From an uncultured bacterium (GTDB lineage: Bacteria > Desulfobacterota_D > UBA1144 > Nemesobacterales > UBA2774): a stretch of DNA of 64,000 nt. Below the pieces are notes generated by a model. The model searched no databases. It saw only the letters and a list, made by a program, of their open reading frames with translations, and was not told the DNA's origin. Both the position numbers and the translations under genes were made by a program. Shown here piece by piece: positions 39,536-49,007 of this stretch (position 1 is its first letter; every line of letters starts with the position of its first letter). The stretch is taken from positions 608,001-672,000 of the forward strand of contig CAVPJU010000006.1 of NCBI GenBank assembly GCA_963705505.1. The letters are read 5' to 3'.

Positions 39536-40420
39536 CTAATTCGCGGAGCCGAGTTTATCCACGAAATTGCATTCGCCGAAGCCGCCTTTCTTCATTATAA
39601 AGTCCATGTCGAGCGGGTCCTCTTCCCTGCCTTCGTAGGGCGGTACTCGGATACAAAAGCAGCCGCCCTCGATTAATGTGGCATTCTTTACGAGATACTC
39701 GGGAACGACAGACCTCACGAGCGCTTCCTCCGCAGTCAGGGCGTTGCCGCTGCTGCCGTTAACCGCGAAGCCGAGGCCGCTGAAGGAAGAGGAGATTCCG
39801 TAGAGGCTGCCGAGCACGCCCGCCAGGTCCGGGTCGAGCATTATAAACGCTCCGAGGCCGATCGCATTCGCAAGGCTTTCGGCGATGATCTCGCTCGGCG
39901 TATCGGTATAGTCCTCAGCTAAACAAAATAGCACGTTCTCCGGCGAGCTCACGTCAGGGGGGCACGTGAATTGTCCGTCCAGGTCCTGTGTTAAGAGTTC
40001 AAATACCTTCGGCCAGGTCGCGAGATTGGGCTCGAGCGCGGCAGGCTCGTCCGGTATGCATCTGAAGGCCACGAGGTCCAATTCCCTTTCGTTTTGTCCG
40101 ACGGGGATGCCGAAGAAGGCGGCGGTCTTTTCGAGAGACACAGGGGGCTCGTAGAATACCGAAGCGCCGACGAATACCCTGAGAGCGCTCGGCCGTCCGA
40201 GCTGTGTCGGTACGACGTTCCTTGGCAGGAATGCAATTCTCAGGAAATCATTTGTCTCATTTACATTACGCGAGTTCTCAACGATAACTGCAGGGGCTTC
40301 CTGCCCGGACTCGGAGCCTGAGCCCTCGTCACACGAAACGCTTAAGAAATAAAATACGGAGAGCATTATGCAAAGAGCGTAATAAAGACGTATGGTTATC
40401 GAGCAGGGTCCTTTTGCCAA
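39536..40420 (-). CDS. Putative lipoprotein, acidic and Cys-containing
   Basis: AAGGAGG RBS plus TTG start; hydrophobic signal ending LSVSC followed by a Ser/Gly linker. Confidence 0.7.
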   Translation of the reverse strand: MAKGPCSITIRLYYALCIMLSVFYFLSVSCDEGSGSESGQEAPAVIVENSRNVNETNDFLRIAFLPRNVVPTQLGRPSALRVFVGASVFYEPPVSLEKTAAFFGIPVGQNERELDLVAFRCIPDEPAALEPNLATWPKVFELLTQDLDGQFTCPPDVSSPENVLFCLAEDYTDTPSEIIAESLANAIGLGAFIMLDPDLAGVLGSLYGISSSFSGLGFAVNGSSGNALTAEEALVRSVVPEYLVKNATLIEGGCFCIRVPPYEGREEDPLDMDFIMKKGGFGECNFVDKLGSAN

Positions 40421-40754
40421 CTTATTTCCTCCTTTATTAACGGTCTTCGGCTGTGATATGGGAATTATAATCCCGGTTCCTTGCGAATGTTTATTTAATT
40501 AATTTCGGCAATCCAGGAAAGTGATTCGATGCCCGGATGTACGCTTTCCGTCTATGCGTCCGGAAGAGCATCGTGTAAGTGTGATGCAGGTAGATTGGTC
40601 CGAGTATTGGAGTCACAGCTGAAGCCGGGTTCGCGAGCCGCAGCCATCTTGCTGCAACTTATGGGAAACATATCGGATGCTTTCCGATTCAGTTTCGCCT
40701 CGCGGGCTCAGCCGATTTAATGGATCGAAACGAAGCCTGCGCCTCTACTATGGT

Positions 40755-42680
40755 TTATTCGTGGGGGAAATTATATGCCAATCTAAGCTCGCGCAGCATC
40801 GACATCTTTTTGAGTTGATGCGTTTCCATTCTTTTCAATATATTATCCAGCGCTTTTAAAGCCTCCAGGATGTGGGGGCCCTTATTCAGCATTACGCATT
40901 CGGCGCGGTGTCCCATGGCTGCGTCCGTGATTTCTGCTCTCGTCGGTGAGCCCTGTTTCGCAAGGCTTTCAAGCACCTGAGTTGCCCAGATGGCGGGGAC
41001 ATGTGCCGCTTCGCATAACCATAATATTTCTTCCTGAACTTCGGCAAGACGCTCGAACCCCGATTCTACAGCGAGGTCCCCCCGGGCAATCATGACCCCG
41101 CAGCATGCGCTTTTCATCGCTTCAAGGAGCATTGCCGGCAGGTTCTCGAACCCGCGCCGTGTTTCAATTTTCAGTACTATGGAAGGCTCGGCCTTACCTA
41201 TCCGTTTTATATGCCGTATTAGTGATTTTACGTCTTCTGCTGTATTTGCGAATGACATTGCTACTATATCGGCGTTTTCCACGATAAATTCCAAAATGGG
41301 AATATCGTTTGACGTCAGCGCGGGCAGGTTGAGCTTGCTTTCGGGCAGGTTTATGCCTTTGTCGCTCCCTAGCTTGGCTGTCGGAGAATTCGTATGAGTG
41401 ATGCGTATCCGGAGGCCCTTATCTGTTTTTTCCTCTACTACTCCGCCAATTTTGCCGTCATCGAACCATACGTGCTCGCCCGCTTTAACATCGTCCAGTA
41501 TCTCGGGTATCGTGCAGCCGATTTCCGCGGGAGATACCACAATCCCGTTTATATCGCGTTCAGCGGGACGGCCAGGCGTTAAATTTCCGGTGAGAACGAG
41601 CAGGTCGCCGGGATTGAGGGATATGGAATTTTCCCGAGGGGGGAAACTGCATACCTCGATATCGCGTTTTTTAGTAGCGCCCGTCCTATGACAGTGGAGC
41701 AATGTGCCCGGGGTTATATAAGCTGTCTTAAGCGCCTCCGCCCTGTATCCATCATCCGTCTGTTCCGTGATCTTCATCGAACGTCTGGCCCCGCGCGCAT
41801 CGACGAATCTGATCGTATCGCCGACTCGGAGCTTTTTGAGCCATTCCGGCGGTACGGGTAAGACTGTTTCGGTTGTTGATATGTGTGGAAGTTCTGTTCC
41901 TTCTGCGGATGTGAGTAATACATTGGCCGGTTTTGTTACCTTACCGTAGGTATCCCGCTCCGGGCGGTATTTTATAACCGAAGGTCCTGGACTGATCGGA
42001 CCTGTGCGCAGTTTAGGGCCGGGTATATCCATAATTACCATGCAGGGTTTCCCGGTTTCCTCCCTAGCGCGGCTCAGGTTCTCGATCATCCGAGACCACT
42101 TTTCCGGATCGTCGTGCGCACAATTGATACGCATACAGTCCATGCCGTTATTCAGGAGACCGAGGACGAGTCCGTAATCCTGAGCGGCATCGCTCGGCAT
42201 CGTCACCATTATATGGACGTTCCGCCCCTGCGTTATAGGACCGAGGAGAGCCTTGGTGTGTTTTTCAAGCAGATGCCTTGCGGATTTGAAATCGAGTCTG
42301 TCCGTGTCATCGCCTGTAATTTGAACGGGGAAATCGGCGAGGCGGGATAAAGTAAGCAGTACGGCATCGATTGTTGCTAAAACGTGTGATTCGGAGCGTC
42401 CGAGCGATGAAAGCCCGAGCTCCGCTAATTCTGACTGTAGCGCTCTCAGGTCATGGCGCCTGAAGGCTAAATAGTGCAGCAGGTTCTTTGCGCTCTCCCT
42501 GTAAGTCGGATCGAGGTCCTGTAACATACCCTTTGAGTTATCGGCGAAGCACAGCATTTCCCCGCGAATCTCGCTTAACTGCTGGATCAGATGCAGGAGT
42601 TCCTTTTGTGATTTGCTGAGATCGCTTTTGGTCGAAATACTTATTCCGGCGATATCATCGTGCTTATTTCGAGATTTCAT
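40755..42680 (-). CDS. pyk: Atypical long pyruvate kinase
   Basis: RINCAHD, GPKLRTG, KGINLP, LKIET, MIARGDLAVE, WATQVLE, PTRAEITD; N-terminal helical extension, enlarged B region, no C-terminal allosteric domain. Confidence 0.88.
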   Translation of the reverse strand: MKSRNKHDDIAGISISTKSDLSKSQKELLHLIQQLSEIRGEMLCFADNSKGMLQDLDPTYRESAKNLLHYLAFRRHDLRALQSELAELGLSSLGRSESHVLATIDAVLLTLSRLADFPVQITGDDTDRLDFKSARHLLEKHTKALLGPITQGRNVHIMVTMPSDAAQDYGLVLGLLNNGMDCMRINCAHDDPEKWSRMIENLSRAREETGKPCMVIMDIPGPKLRTGPISPGPSVIKYRPERDTYGKVTKPANVLLTSAEGTELPHISTTETVLPVPPEWLKKLRVGDTIRFVDARGARRSMKITEQTDDGYRAEALKTAYITPGTLLHCHRTGATKKRDIEVCSFPPRENSISLNPGDLLVLTGNLTPGRPAERDINGIVVSPAEIGCTIPEILDDVKAGEHVWFDDGKIGGVVEEKTDKGLRIRITHTNSPTAKLGSDKGINLPESKLNLPALTSNDIPILEFIVENADIVAMSFANTAEDVKSLIRHIKRIGKAEPSIVLKIETRRGFENLPAMLLEAMKSACCGVMIARGDLAVESGFERLAEVQEEILWLCEAAHVPAIWATQVLESLAKQGSPTRAEITDAAMGHRAECVMLNKGPHILEALKALDNILKRMETHQLKKMSMLRELRLAYNFPHE

Positions 42681-42704
42681 ACCATCACCCGAACCTTCTT
42701 GAAA

Positions 42705-42736
42705 ATGATACCAGACTATTGTTAATTTTCAGTGAA
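42705..42736 (-). promoter_or_regulatory. Pho-box-like promoter of pyk
   Basis: Minus strand TTCACT-N5-TTAACA-N9-TATCAT. Confidence 0.55.
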
Positions 42737-42779
42737 GAATCTGATTAATCTTTAGTGATAAGGAACGGATTTGCAGGGG

Positions 42780-42851
42780 TGGCGACGGGTGGAATCGAAC
42801 CACCGACACGGGCCTTATGAGAGCCCTGCTCTGCCCCTGAGCTACGTCGCC
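42780..42851 (-). tRNA. tRNA with CAT anticodon, probably elongator Met; CCA not encoded
   Basis: GGCGACG/CGTCGCC acceptor stem, TAGCTCAG, anticodon loop CTCATAA, GGTTCGATTCC T arm. Confidence 0.95.
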
Positions 42852-43173
42852 CGGATATGAGTCAGAATACCGAAATAATATAAAAATGATGCGCTATTTC
42901 AGGTGAAATATGCACCCTGGCAAGCTCAAACCAAAGTCCAAAAATATATCACGGGTCGATTAACTTTCAAGCTATAGTCTCATGACACGACTCCGGAATC
43001 GAATTGCAAGGCGATGAAAGCCGGTTTAAAATCCGAATATTACAGAAATTTATAGCCCCGCAGGACAATTTCTCGGAGCTCAATTATTATATGGTTGCAG
43101 TAGCTTACGACGATTTTTAATTATTTGAAAATATACCCTTGACATCTTAAGTAAAATACTTTATTTTTATTAC

Positions 43174-43259
43174 TAATCTTAAACGCAAGACTTAACAAAT
43201 CATCCTCCATCCTCCTTTAAAAAGGGAATGCTCGCGACAATGTCCGGGCATTCCCTTTT
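43174..43259 (+). ncRNA. Candidate sRNA with two CCUCC motifs
   Basis: TTGACA-N17-TATTTT promoter, CATCCTCCATCCTCC, then a strong terminator; no ORF seen. Confidence 0.55.
43220..43259 (+). terminator. Rho-independent terminator (potentially bidirectional)
   Basis: AAAAGGGAATGCTCG / CGGGCATTCCCTTTT stem. Confidence 0.85.
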
Positions 43260-43440
43260 GTGTTTAAAATCGACTCTTTTTGAATTTTCCCCGGACAATG
43301 TGCTCTAATTCTCCTCGCCGGGTTACCTATAGTATTAAGGGCATTAAGCGGGCATATGTTTTTTCTGAAAAAACCGGATTTAGCGGGTAATATATAGTAC
43401 GTTCTGAAAAATTTTATCCCGTTTCTTCAATCAGATTGAT

Positions 43441-44049
43441 ATGAATAGAAAAAAGTTGCTCTACGTTCTGATAGCCGTGTTGTTTCTGATACTCGCCGGC
43501 TGGGGCATTTTAGTCTTTGAGATGTTTTCTATTAAGCATAAATCCAGCTTCTACGGCAGCCCTTACGATATGAGAGCCCCCGATTTCACATTGACCGATC
43601 AGGACGGGGCGAAGGTGAGTCTCCATGACTTCAAGGGGAAAGTCGTGTTTATCTTTTTCGGCTACACCCGCTGTCCCGATATTTGCCCCCTAACGTTGTC
43701 TGCGTTAAACGGCGTCGTAAACGAGCTCGGGAAAGATAAAGATAATGTAAAGGTCATATTTATAACCATAGACCCCGAAAGGGATAATCAGGAAGCGCTC
43801 AAGAAGTACGTTTCTTTTTTCAATAAAGGTTTTATCGGTCTCACGGGCACACCCGACGAAATTAAAACGGTATCCGACTCTTACCACGCATTCTATATCA
43901 AAGAGGAAACCGACTCGGATTCCGGATACCTCATGGGTCATACTTCTTCGGTATATCTCATAAACCCCGACGGACGTATCATTCTAAGATATCCGCAGAG
44001 CAAGATGGATCCCAAGGAAATAGCTAAAGATGTAAAAAGGGTTTTATAG
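43441..44049 (+). CDS. SCO1/SenC copper chaperone
   Basis: N-terminal TM; FGYTRCPDICP; DPERD; conserved His in GHTS. Confidence 0.93.
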   Translation: MNRKKLLYVLIAVLFLILAGWGILVFEMFSIKHKSSFYGSPYDMRAPDFTLTDQDGAKVSLHDFKGKVVFIFFGYTRCPDICPLTLSALNGVVNELGKDKDNVKVIFITIDPERDNQEALKKYVSFFNKGFIGLTGTPDEIKTVSDSYHAFYIKEETDSDSGYLMGHTSSVYLINPDGRIILRYPQSKMDPKEIAKDVKRVL

Positions 44050-44124
44050 GATTTGTTCCTGAAAGATGTCCCTGAAAAATACGGAATGTGATACAAAGAA
44101 AACGCTGCGCCGCTTCTATCTGTC

Positions 44125-44592
44125 CTAAAGCTCTTTAGCTTTTATGTGTGAAGGCTCTAACTCAAGCGTGTCGGAAGAGTTCTTCTTCGAATCGATTACC
44201 GCGGGCTCAGTCATTAATTTCTCCACGCGTTCGTTCATCGCGCACCTGCCGTTGTAAATTCCCCCTTCCTCGACTATGAGTGTTTCTATGAATATGTCCC
44301 CCGTCACTATGCCGGTACTCTTTATCTCGAGTTTTTCCGAATCGATAATACCTTCGATCTTCCCGTAAACTATTATTTCCGAGGCTTTAACCTCACCCGT
44401 AATTAATCCGTGCTCCCCGACGATTATAGTATTTTCGCCCGATATCTTGCCTTTTAATTTTCCGTCTATCCTGGTCGAGGAGGTGGTTGAGACGTTCCCT
44501 TCGAAGATACATTCTTCCCCGATGGATGTCGTAAAGTGATTTATTTCCGGCTTTGGAGGTTTCACGCCTTTTTTCTTGTCGAACATGCCCAT
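44125..44592 (-). CDS. Bactofilin
   Basis: TSIGEECIFEGNV...RIDG...GEVKA...IVEEGGIYNGRCAM beta-helix pattern. Confidence 0.9.
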   Translation of the reverse strand: MGMFDKKKGVKPPKPEINHFTTSIGEECIFEGNVSTTSSTRIDGKLKGKISGENTIIVGEHGLITGEVKASEIIVYGKIEGIIDSEKLEIKSTGIVTGDIFIETLIVEEGGIYNGRCAMNERVEKLMTEPAVIDSKKNSSDTLELEPSHIKAKEL

Positions 44593-44594
44593 GC

Positions 44595-45425
44595 TTATTT
44601 CAGCGATAGAAAATTGGAGGGGTTAACCCTTTTACCATCTTTTATCACTTCATAATGAAGGTGCGTACCGGTGGACCTACCGGTGCTCCCCGCTTTTCCT
44701 ATCACTTCCCCCACTTTTATTTTCTGGCCTTCTTCCACCGTAATTTTTGAAAGGTGTCCGTAGATCGTCTCGAAGCCGTCTTCATGCTGGAGCACGATGG
44801 TTTTCCCGTAGCTGCCCTGCCAACCCGTCTTTTCCACAACGCCGTCGGCAGTCGCAACAACAGGGTCGCCGTACTTCGCATCGATGTCTACGCCCGAGTG
44901 GAATCCGATTCTCGAATTGAAAGGGTCTTTTCTGTATCCGAAACCCGAGTTGATTTTCCCTTCCAGAGGCGTACCCACGGGCAGGTTTTTCATTGTGTTG
45001 AATAATTCGTCGATGTCTTTTTGTATATAGTCGATGTAGGATATGCTCAACCTGTCAGCCGGTATAAATTCTCCCCCTACCGCGAGGTCTTTCTTTATGC
45101 CTTTTTTGTCGAGCATTACCTGCATTTCCAGGAGCTTATCCTCGATATCTTTCATCCTGACTCTGAGGTTTGTCTCGGTCGTTTTGTTGACTATTAAATC
45201 CTGACTGAGCGTATCGATGGTATTTGCCAGGTGTTTTACGGACCTTGTCTTCGATTCGGATGCTTTGTAGAAAGTATAGGTCGATGCAAATGAAATCAGT
45301 GAAACTACGGTAAAAAATATGAAGCTGAAAGAAAATATTTTTAGGTGAGAGATTTTTAAATTTAGCGCTTTCGGACCTTTGCTGCCTGGAGTGATCAGCA
45401 TGATCGTAAGGTGATCCTTATCCAT
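44595..45425 (-). CDS. M23 peptidase with N-terminal TM and coiled coil
   Basis: FHSGVD, YGHLS, GSTGRSTGTHLHYEV. Confidence 0.92.
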   Translation of the reverse strand: MDKDHLTIMLITPGSKGPKALNLKISHLKIFSFSFIFFTVVSLISFASTYTFYKASESKTRSVKHLANTIDTLSQDLIVNKTTETNLRVRMKDIEDKLLEMQVMLDKKGIKKDLAVGGEFIPADRLSISYIDYIQKDIDELFNTMKNLPVGTPLEGKINSGFGYRKDPFNSRIGFHSGVDIDAKYGDPVVATADGVVEKTGWQGSYGKTIVLQHEDGFETIYGHLSKITVEEGQKIKVGEVIGKAGSTGRSTGTHLHYEVIKDGKRVNPSNFLSLK

Positions 45426-45802
45426 ATCCCACTCCTCTTTAATTATTAGGTAACCAGACCCACCGGGTTACCGGACAAAGAATTTGCCAATCCGTGCCGG
45501 ATTTGCAGAATTCCAATCATACATATATTCACCATGAAATTCAACCCCGTATTTAATTTCTTCCATAACCTTCGAAAAACGCAGTCCCGGTGGCGGATTG
45601 GGCTGGTGAATGACCCTTCTGACCATTCGTCCGGCATTCGAAGACCTTATGATGCCGTCGGTCTTGCGGCGAAATACGATTATGGATAATATGGTAGTAT
45701 TTATCTTGGATAGCGGGTCGTTCTTTAATTCATAAAAAAGAATTGAAATATCCGAAAGGTTCACCCGGGGAATTAATTTTGAAGTATTGAGGGCAGAGGG
45801 AT

Positions 45803-46609
45803 ATGGGAAAGGTCATATGTGTGGCGAATCAGAAAGGCGGTGTAGGTAAAACTACTACGGTCATCAATCTTGCTGCATCGCTTGCGGCTGCGCAAAAGAA
45901 AACGTTGTTCATCGATTTCGATCCGCAGTCCAATGCTACTAGTGGTGTTGGGATTAACAAGGATGAAGTGACGAAAAGTATTTACGATGCGATAATAGGG
46001 GATGTCGATATAAGGGATATAATCATCGACATCGAGCCCGAATCCCTCAAGGGGTACTTGACCGTAGTCCCCGCGAGTCCGGACCTCACTGGAGCCGAGA
46101 TCGAGCTTATACATCTCGAAAACAGGGAATGGAAACTCAAAGAGGCGATCAGTACCATCGCAGAAGAGTATGATTATATTTTTATAGACTGCCCTCCTTC
46201 CCTGAGCCTGCTGACTGTGAATGCGCTCACTGCTGCGGATTCCGTACTGGTCCCGGTACAGTGTGAGTACTACGCGCTCGAAGGGCTCGGTCAGCTTAAA
46301 CGCACGATTTCCCTGATAAGGCAGAGAATCAATCCGGATCTCAAAGTCGAGGGTTATCTGCTCACGATGTTCGATTCGAGGAATAAAATCTGCCACGTCG
46401 TTGCAAACGAGCTGAAGACATACTTCAGCGAAGAGGTATTCGAAACGATTATTTACAGGAACGTAAGGCTTGCCGAATCTCCGAGCCACGGTAAGCCCAT
46501 TTTGCTCTACGACATCAAATCGATCGGAGCACAGACCTACATCTCGCTTGCACAGGAAATCATCGCGAGAAACGGAGGGGAAATAGTTGAAAAAAGCCAC
46601 GCTGGGTAG
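45803..46609 (+). CDS. parA: Chromosome partitioning ATPase
   Basis: NQKGGVGKTTT, DPQSNAT, DCPPSL, QCEYYALEG, LAESPSHG. Confidence 0.96.
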   Translation: MGKVICVANQKGGVGKTTTVINLAASLAAAQKKTLFIDFDPQSNATSGVGINKDEVTKSIYDAIIGDVDIRDIIIDIEPESLKGYLTVVPASPDLTGAEIELIHLENREWKLKEAISTIAEEYDYIFIDCPPSLSLLTVNALTAADSVLVPVQCEYYALEGLGQLKRTISLIRQRINPDLKVEGYLLTMFDSRNKICHVVANELKTYFSEEVFETIIYRNVRLAESPSHGKPILLYDIKSIGAQTYISLAQEIIARNGGEIVEKSHAG

Positions 46610-47426
46610 AGGGCTCGATGCTCTGATACCGAAAGAGACTAAAGAGCAGGGACTGACGCTCCTCAGCATCAACGAGATCAGGCCGAATACACTCCAGCCG
46701 AGAAAGGACTTCGACGATACCGCTATAATCGAGCTTACGGCCTCCATTAAGGAGAAGGGCATCCTGCAGCCGATTGTCGTGCGGCAGGCGGGTAACGGAT
46801 TCCAGATAATCGCCGGCGAAAGGCGGTGGAGGGCTGCACAGAGGGCCGGTATCACCAGGGTGCCGGTAATCATAAAAGACGCTTCCGACAGGGAGGCCCT
46901 CGAGCTCGCTCTAATTGAAAACCTTCAGAGGGAGGACCTGAACCCGATTGAAGAGGCTTCGGGTTACCAGCACCTGATAGACGAGTTCGGACTCACACAC
47001 GAAGAGGTCTCATCCCAGATCGGTAAAGACAGGTCGACGATTACTAACCAGCTCCGTCTGTTAAAACTGTCCGAGGAAGCGAAGCTCGCCCTTATCGAGG
47101 GGGAGATAACCGCGGGACATGCGCGCGCCCTTTTGAGCCTTCAGTCGCTTTCGGAGGCGAGCGCGGTGCTTTCCGCAATCCGCAAGCAAAAGCTGTCGGT
47201 CAGAGGAACCGAAAGCCTTATCCGGAGGATGACCCGGGAAAAGAAATCCGAATCAAAGCCTGTAAGCGCTGACCCTTACATAGAGCGGATTACGGATGAT
47301 CTGAAGGGGTCGCTGAGCACGCAGGTTAGAATTATATATAATAAGGGCAAAGGCAGAATTGAAATCGATTATTACTCGGACGACGAGCTCGAGAGGCTGG
47401 CGTCAATCTTACTGGGAAATAAATAA
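46587..47426 (+). CDS. parB: Chromosome partitioning protein
   Basis: LGRGLDALI, QPRKDF, AGERRWRA, ENLQREDL, GHARALL. Confidence 0.96.
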   Translation: MKKATLGRGLDALIPKETKEQGLTLLSINEIRPNTLQPRKDFDDTAIIELTASIKEKGILQPIVVRQAGNGFQIIAGERRWRAAQRAGITRVPVIIKDASDREALELALIENLQREDLNPIEEASGYQHLIDEFGLTHEEVSSQIGKDRSTITNQLRLLKLSEEAKLALIEGEITAGHARALLSLQSLSEASAVLSAIRKQKLSVRGTESLIRRMTREKKSESKPVSADPYIERITDDLKGSLSTQVRIIYNKGKGRIEIDYYSDDELERLASILLGNK

Positions 47427-47458
47427 TAAGGGTATCCAAGGGTATCCGGGAAAATCGT

Positions 47459-47710
47459 ATGAAGGAGTTCAAAGTCAAAGTTGAAGTGAGGCTGAAGGCA
47501 GTGGTTCTGGACCCTCAGGGCAAATCCGTCCTGTCGGCTCTTAACAATCTCGGGTTCGAGGAGGTGCGGGACGCGAGGGTCGGAAAACTTATCGAGCTCA
47601 GGATAATGGACGGCGATGCCGAGAGCGTAAGGAAGCGGGTAGGCGATATGTGCAGCAAGCTGCTTTCGAATCCGGTGATCGAGGATTTCGTTGTAAATGT
47701 CGAGGAATAA
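47459..47710 (+). CDS. purS: FGAM synthase subunit PurS
   Basis: [20 protein letters not shown]. Confidence 0.95.
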   Translation: MKEFKVKVEVRLKAVVLDPQGKSVLSALNNLGFEEVRDARVGKLIELRIMDGDAESVRKRVGDMCSKLLSNPVIEDFVVNVEE

Positions 47711-47711
47711 T

Positions 47712-48431
47712 ATGTATAAATTCGGCGTCATAGTATTTCCAGGCTCCAACTGCGATCACGACAGCTACCATGTAATCAAGCACGTGCTGGGACAGAGCTG
47801 CGAATTCGTATGGCATGAGGATGTGAACCTGAGCGGATTCGACTGCATTATTATCCCGGGCGGCTTTTCCTACGGGGATTATTTGAGAACGGGAGCTATC
47901 GCGAGTCTATCCCCGATTATGGATTCCGTAGAGAAATTCGCATCGCGCGGAGGGCCGGTCATAGGGACTTGCAACGGGTTTCAGATACTAGTAGAAGCGG
48001 GCCTACTTCCGGGCGTGCTCATCAGGAACTCTTCTCTCATGTTCGTATGCAGGTGGGTAAACATAAGGGTGGAAAATAATAAAACCGTATTTACCGGGAA
48101 TCTGAAAGCGGGGGACGTGCTCAGAATGCCCGTGGCTCACGGTGAAGGGAGCTATTACTGCACCGGGGATGTATTGAAATCGCTCGAAGAAAATTCGCAG
48201 ATCGTGTTCAGGTATTGCGACGGGGAGGGCAGAGTGACGCAGGAATCCAATCCGAACGGCTCCGTCGAGAACATCGCGGGGATATGCAATAAGGCCGGAA
48301 ACGTGCTCGGAATGATGCCGCACCCCGAGAGGTGCTCGGAGGAGATACTCGGGGGCTCGGACGGGAGATTCATATTCGAATCTGTAGTCTCATGGCTCGG
48401 GCTCGGAAAGAAGACGAAGAGTAAAGCATAA
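47712..48431 (+). CDS. purQ: FGAM synthase glutaminase subunit
   Basis: [30 protein letters not shown]. Confidence 0.96.
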   Translation: MYKFGVIVFPGSNCDHDSYHVIKHVLGQSCEFVWHEDVNLSGFDCIIIPGGFSYGDYLRTGAIASLSPIMDSVEKFASRGGPVIGTCNGFQILVEAGLLPGVLIRNSSLMFVCRWVNIRVENNKTVFTGNLKAGDVLRMPVAHGEGSYYCTGDVLKSLEENSQIVFRYCDGEGRVTQESNPNGSVENIAGICNKAGNVLGMMPHPERCSEEILGGSDGRFIFESVVSWLGLGKKTKSKA

Positions 48432-48456
48432 CGACCGGAAGAGTAAAGCATGACGA
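48416..48456 (+). repeat. Tandem duplication, 19-bp unit at 22-bp period
   Basis: GAAGAGTAAAGCATAACGA / GAAGAGTAAAGCATGACGA. Confidence 0.85.
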
Positions 48457-48596
48457 AGATACTGTTACTCGCTTTAATAATAATGATTGCTTTTTGGCTT
48501 GGAAAAATGTCTGCTGAGGGGAAGCGGAAGAATATTGCCGGAAGGAATGCCGAGCCGGAAAACCCGGTCATAGACATAAAAGCGGAAGATAAGTGA
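48450..48596 (+). CDS. Small protein with N-terminal membrane anchor, 48 aa (below ORF-track cutoff)
   Basis: MTKILLLALIIMIAFWLGKMSAEGKRKNIAGRNAEPENPVIDIKAEDK. Confidence 0.6.
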   Translation: MTKILLLALIIMIAFWLGKMSAEGKRKNIAGRNAEPENPVIDIKAEDK

Positions 48597-48770
48597 CCCG
48601 CTGCCGCCGGGGCTTCATCAATACTCCTCAATAACGCAATCAAATGTAGAGTATAGTTTGCAGGCTTTTTCAAAAGTAGAGTCAGTTTGTGCACATCATG
48701 CCCTTATGGTACTCTTAAGATTGAAATTATTTATATTTTAAAGGGGGATAGTGGGAGAGGCCGCTGAGAA

Positions 48771-49007
48771 ATGGAGACTCGCAAGATCGATAACCAGATA
48801 GATATTACCAAAGAGATTTGCCCTATGACGTATGTAAAGACCAAGCTCAAGCTTGAAACTATGTCCCCGGGACAGGTGCTTGAAGTTACACTCAGGGATG
48901 GTGAGCCGTTAATGAACGTACCCAGGAGCGTAAAGGCCGAAGGACATAAAATTCTGGATGTCCGCCAGGAGGGCGAATTCTACAAACTTCTTATTGAGCG
49001 TCGTTGA
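48771..49007 (+). CDS. TusA/SirA-family sulfur carrier
   Basis: DITKEICPMTYVKTKLKLE...GQVLEV...NVP. Confidence 0.88.
   Translation: METRKIDNQIDITKEICPMTYVKTKLKLETMSPGQVLEVTLRDGEPLMNVPRSVKAEGHKILDVRQEGEFYKLLIERR

Noticed and set aside
34026..42851. Genomic island integrated at the tRNA 3' end
   Set aside because: No integrase, no duplicated tRNA 3' end noticed, and no obvious compositional shift.
45485..45500. Sigma54 promoter for the M23 gene (CGGCACGGATTGGCA, minus strand)
   Set aside because: GG-to-GC spacing is 9, not the required 10.
45773..46873. 366-aa minus-strand ORF, and similar long antisense ORFs (833-1609, 49076-49834, 51576-52211, 63151-63972)
   Set aside because: Shadow frames opposite well-supported genes, with no recognisable motifs.
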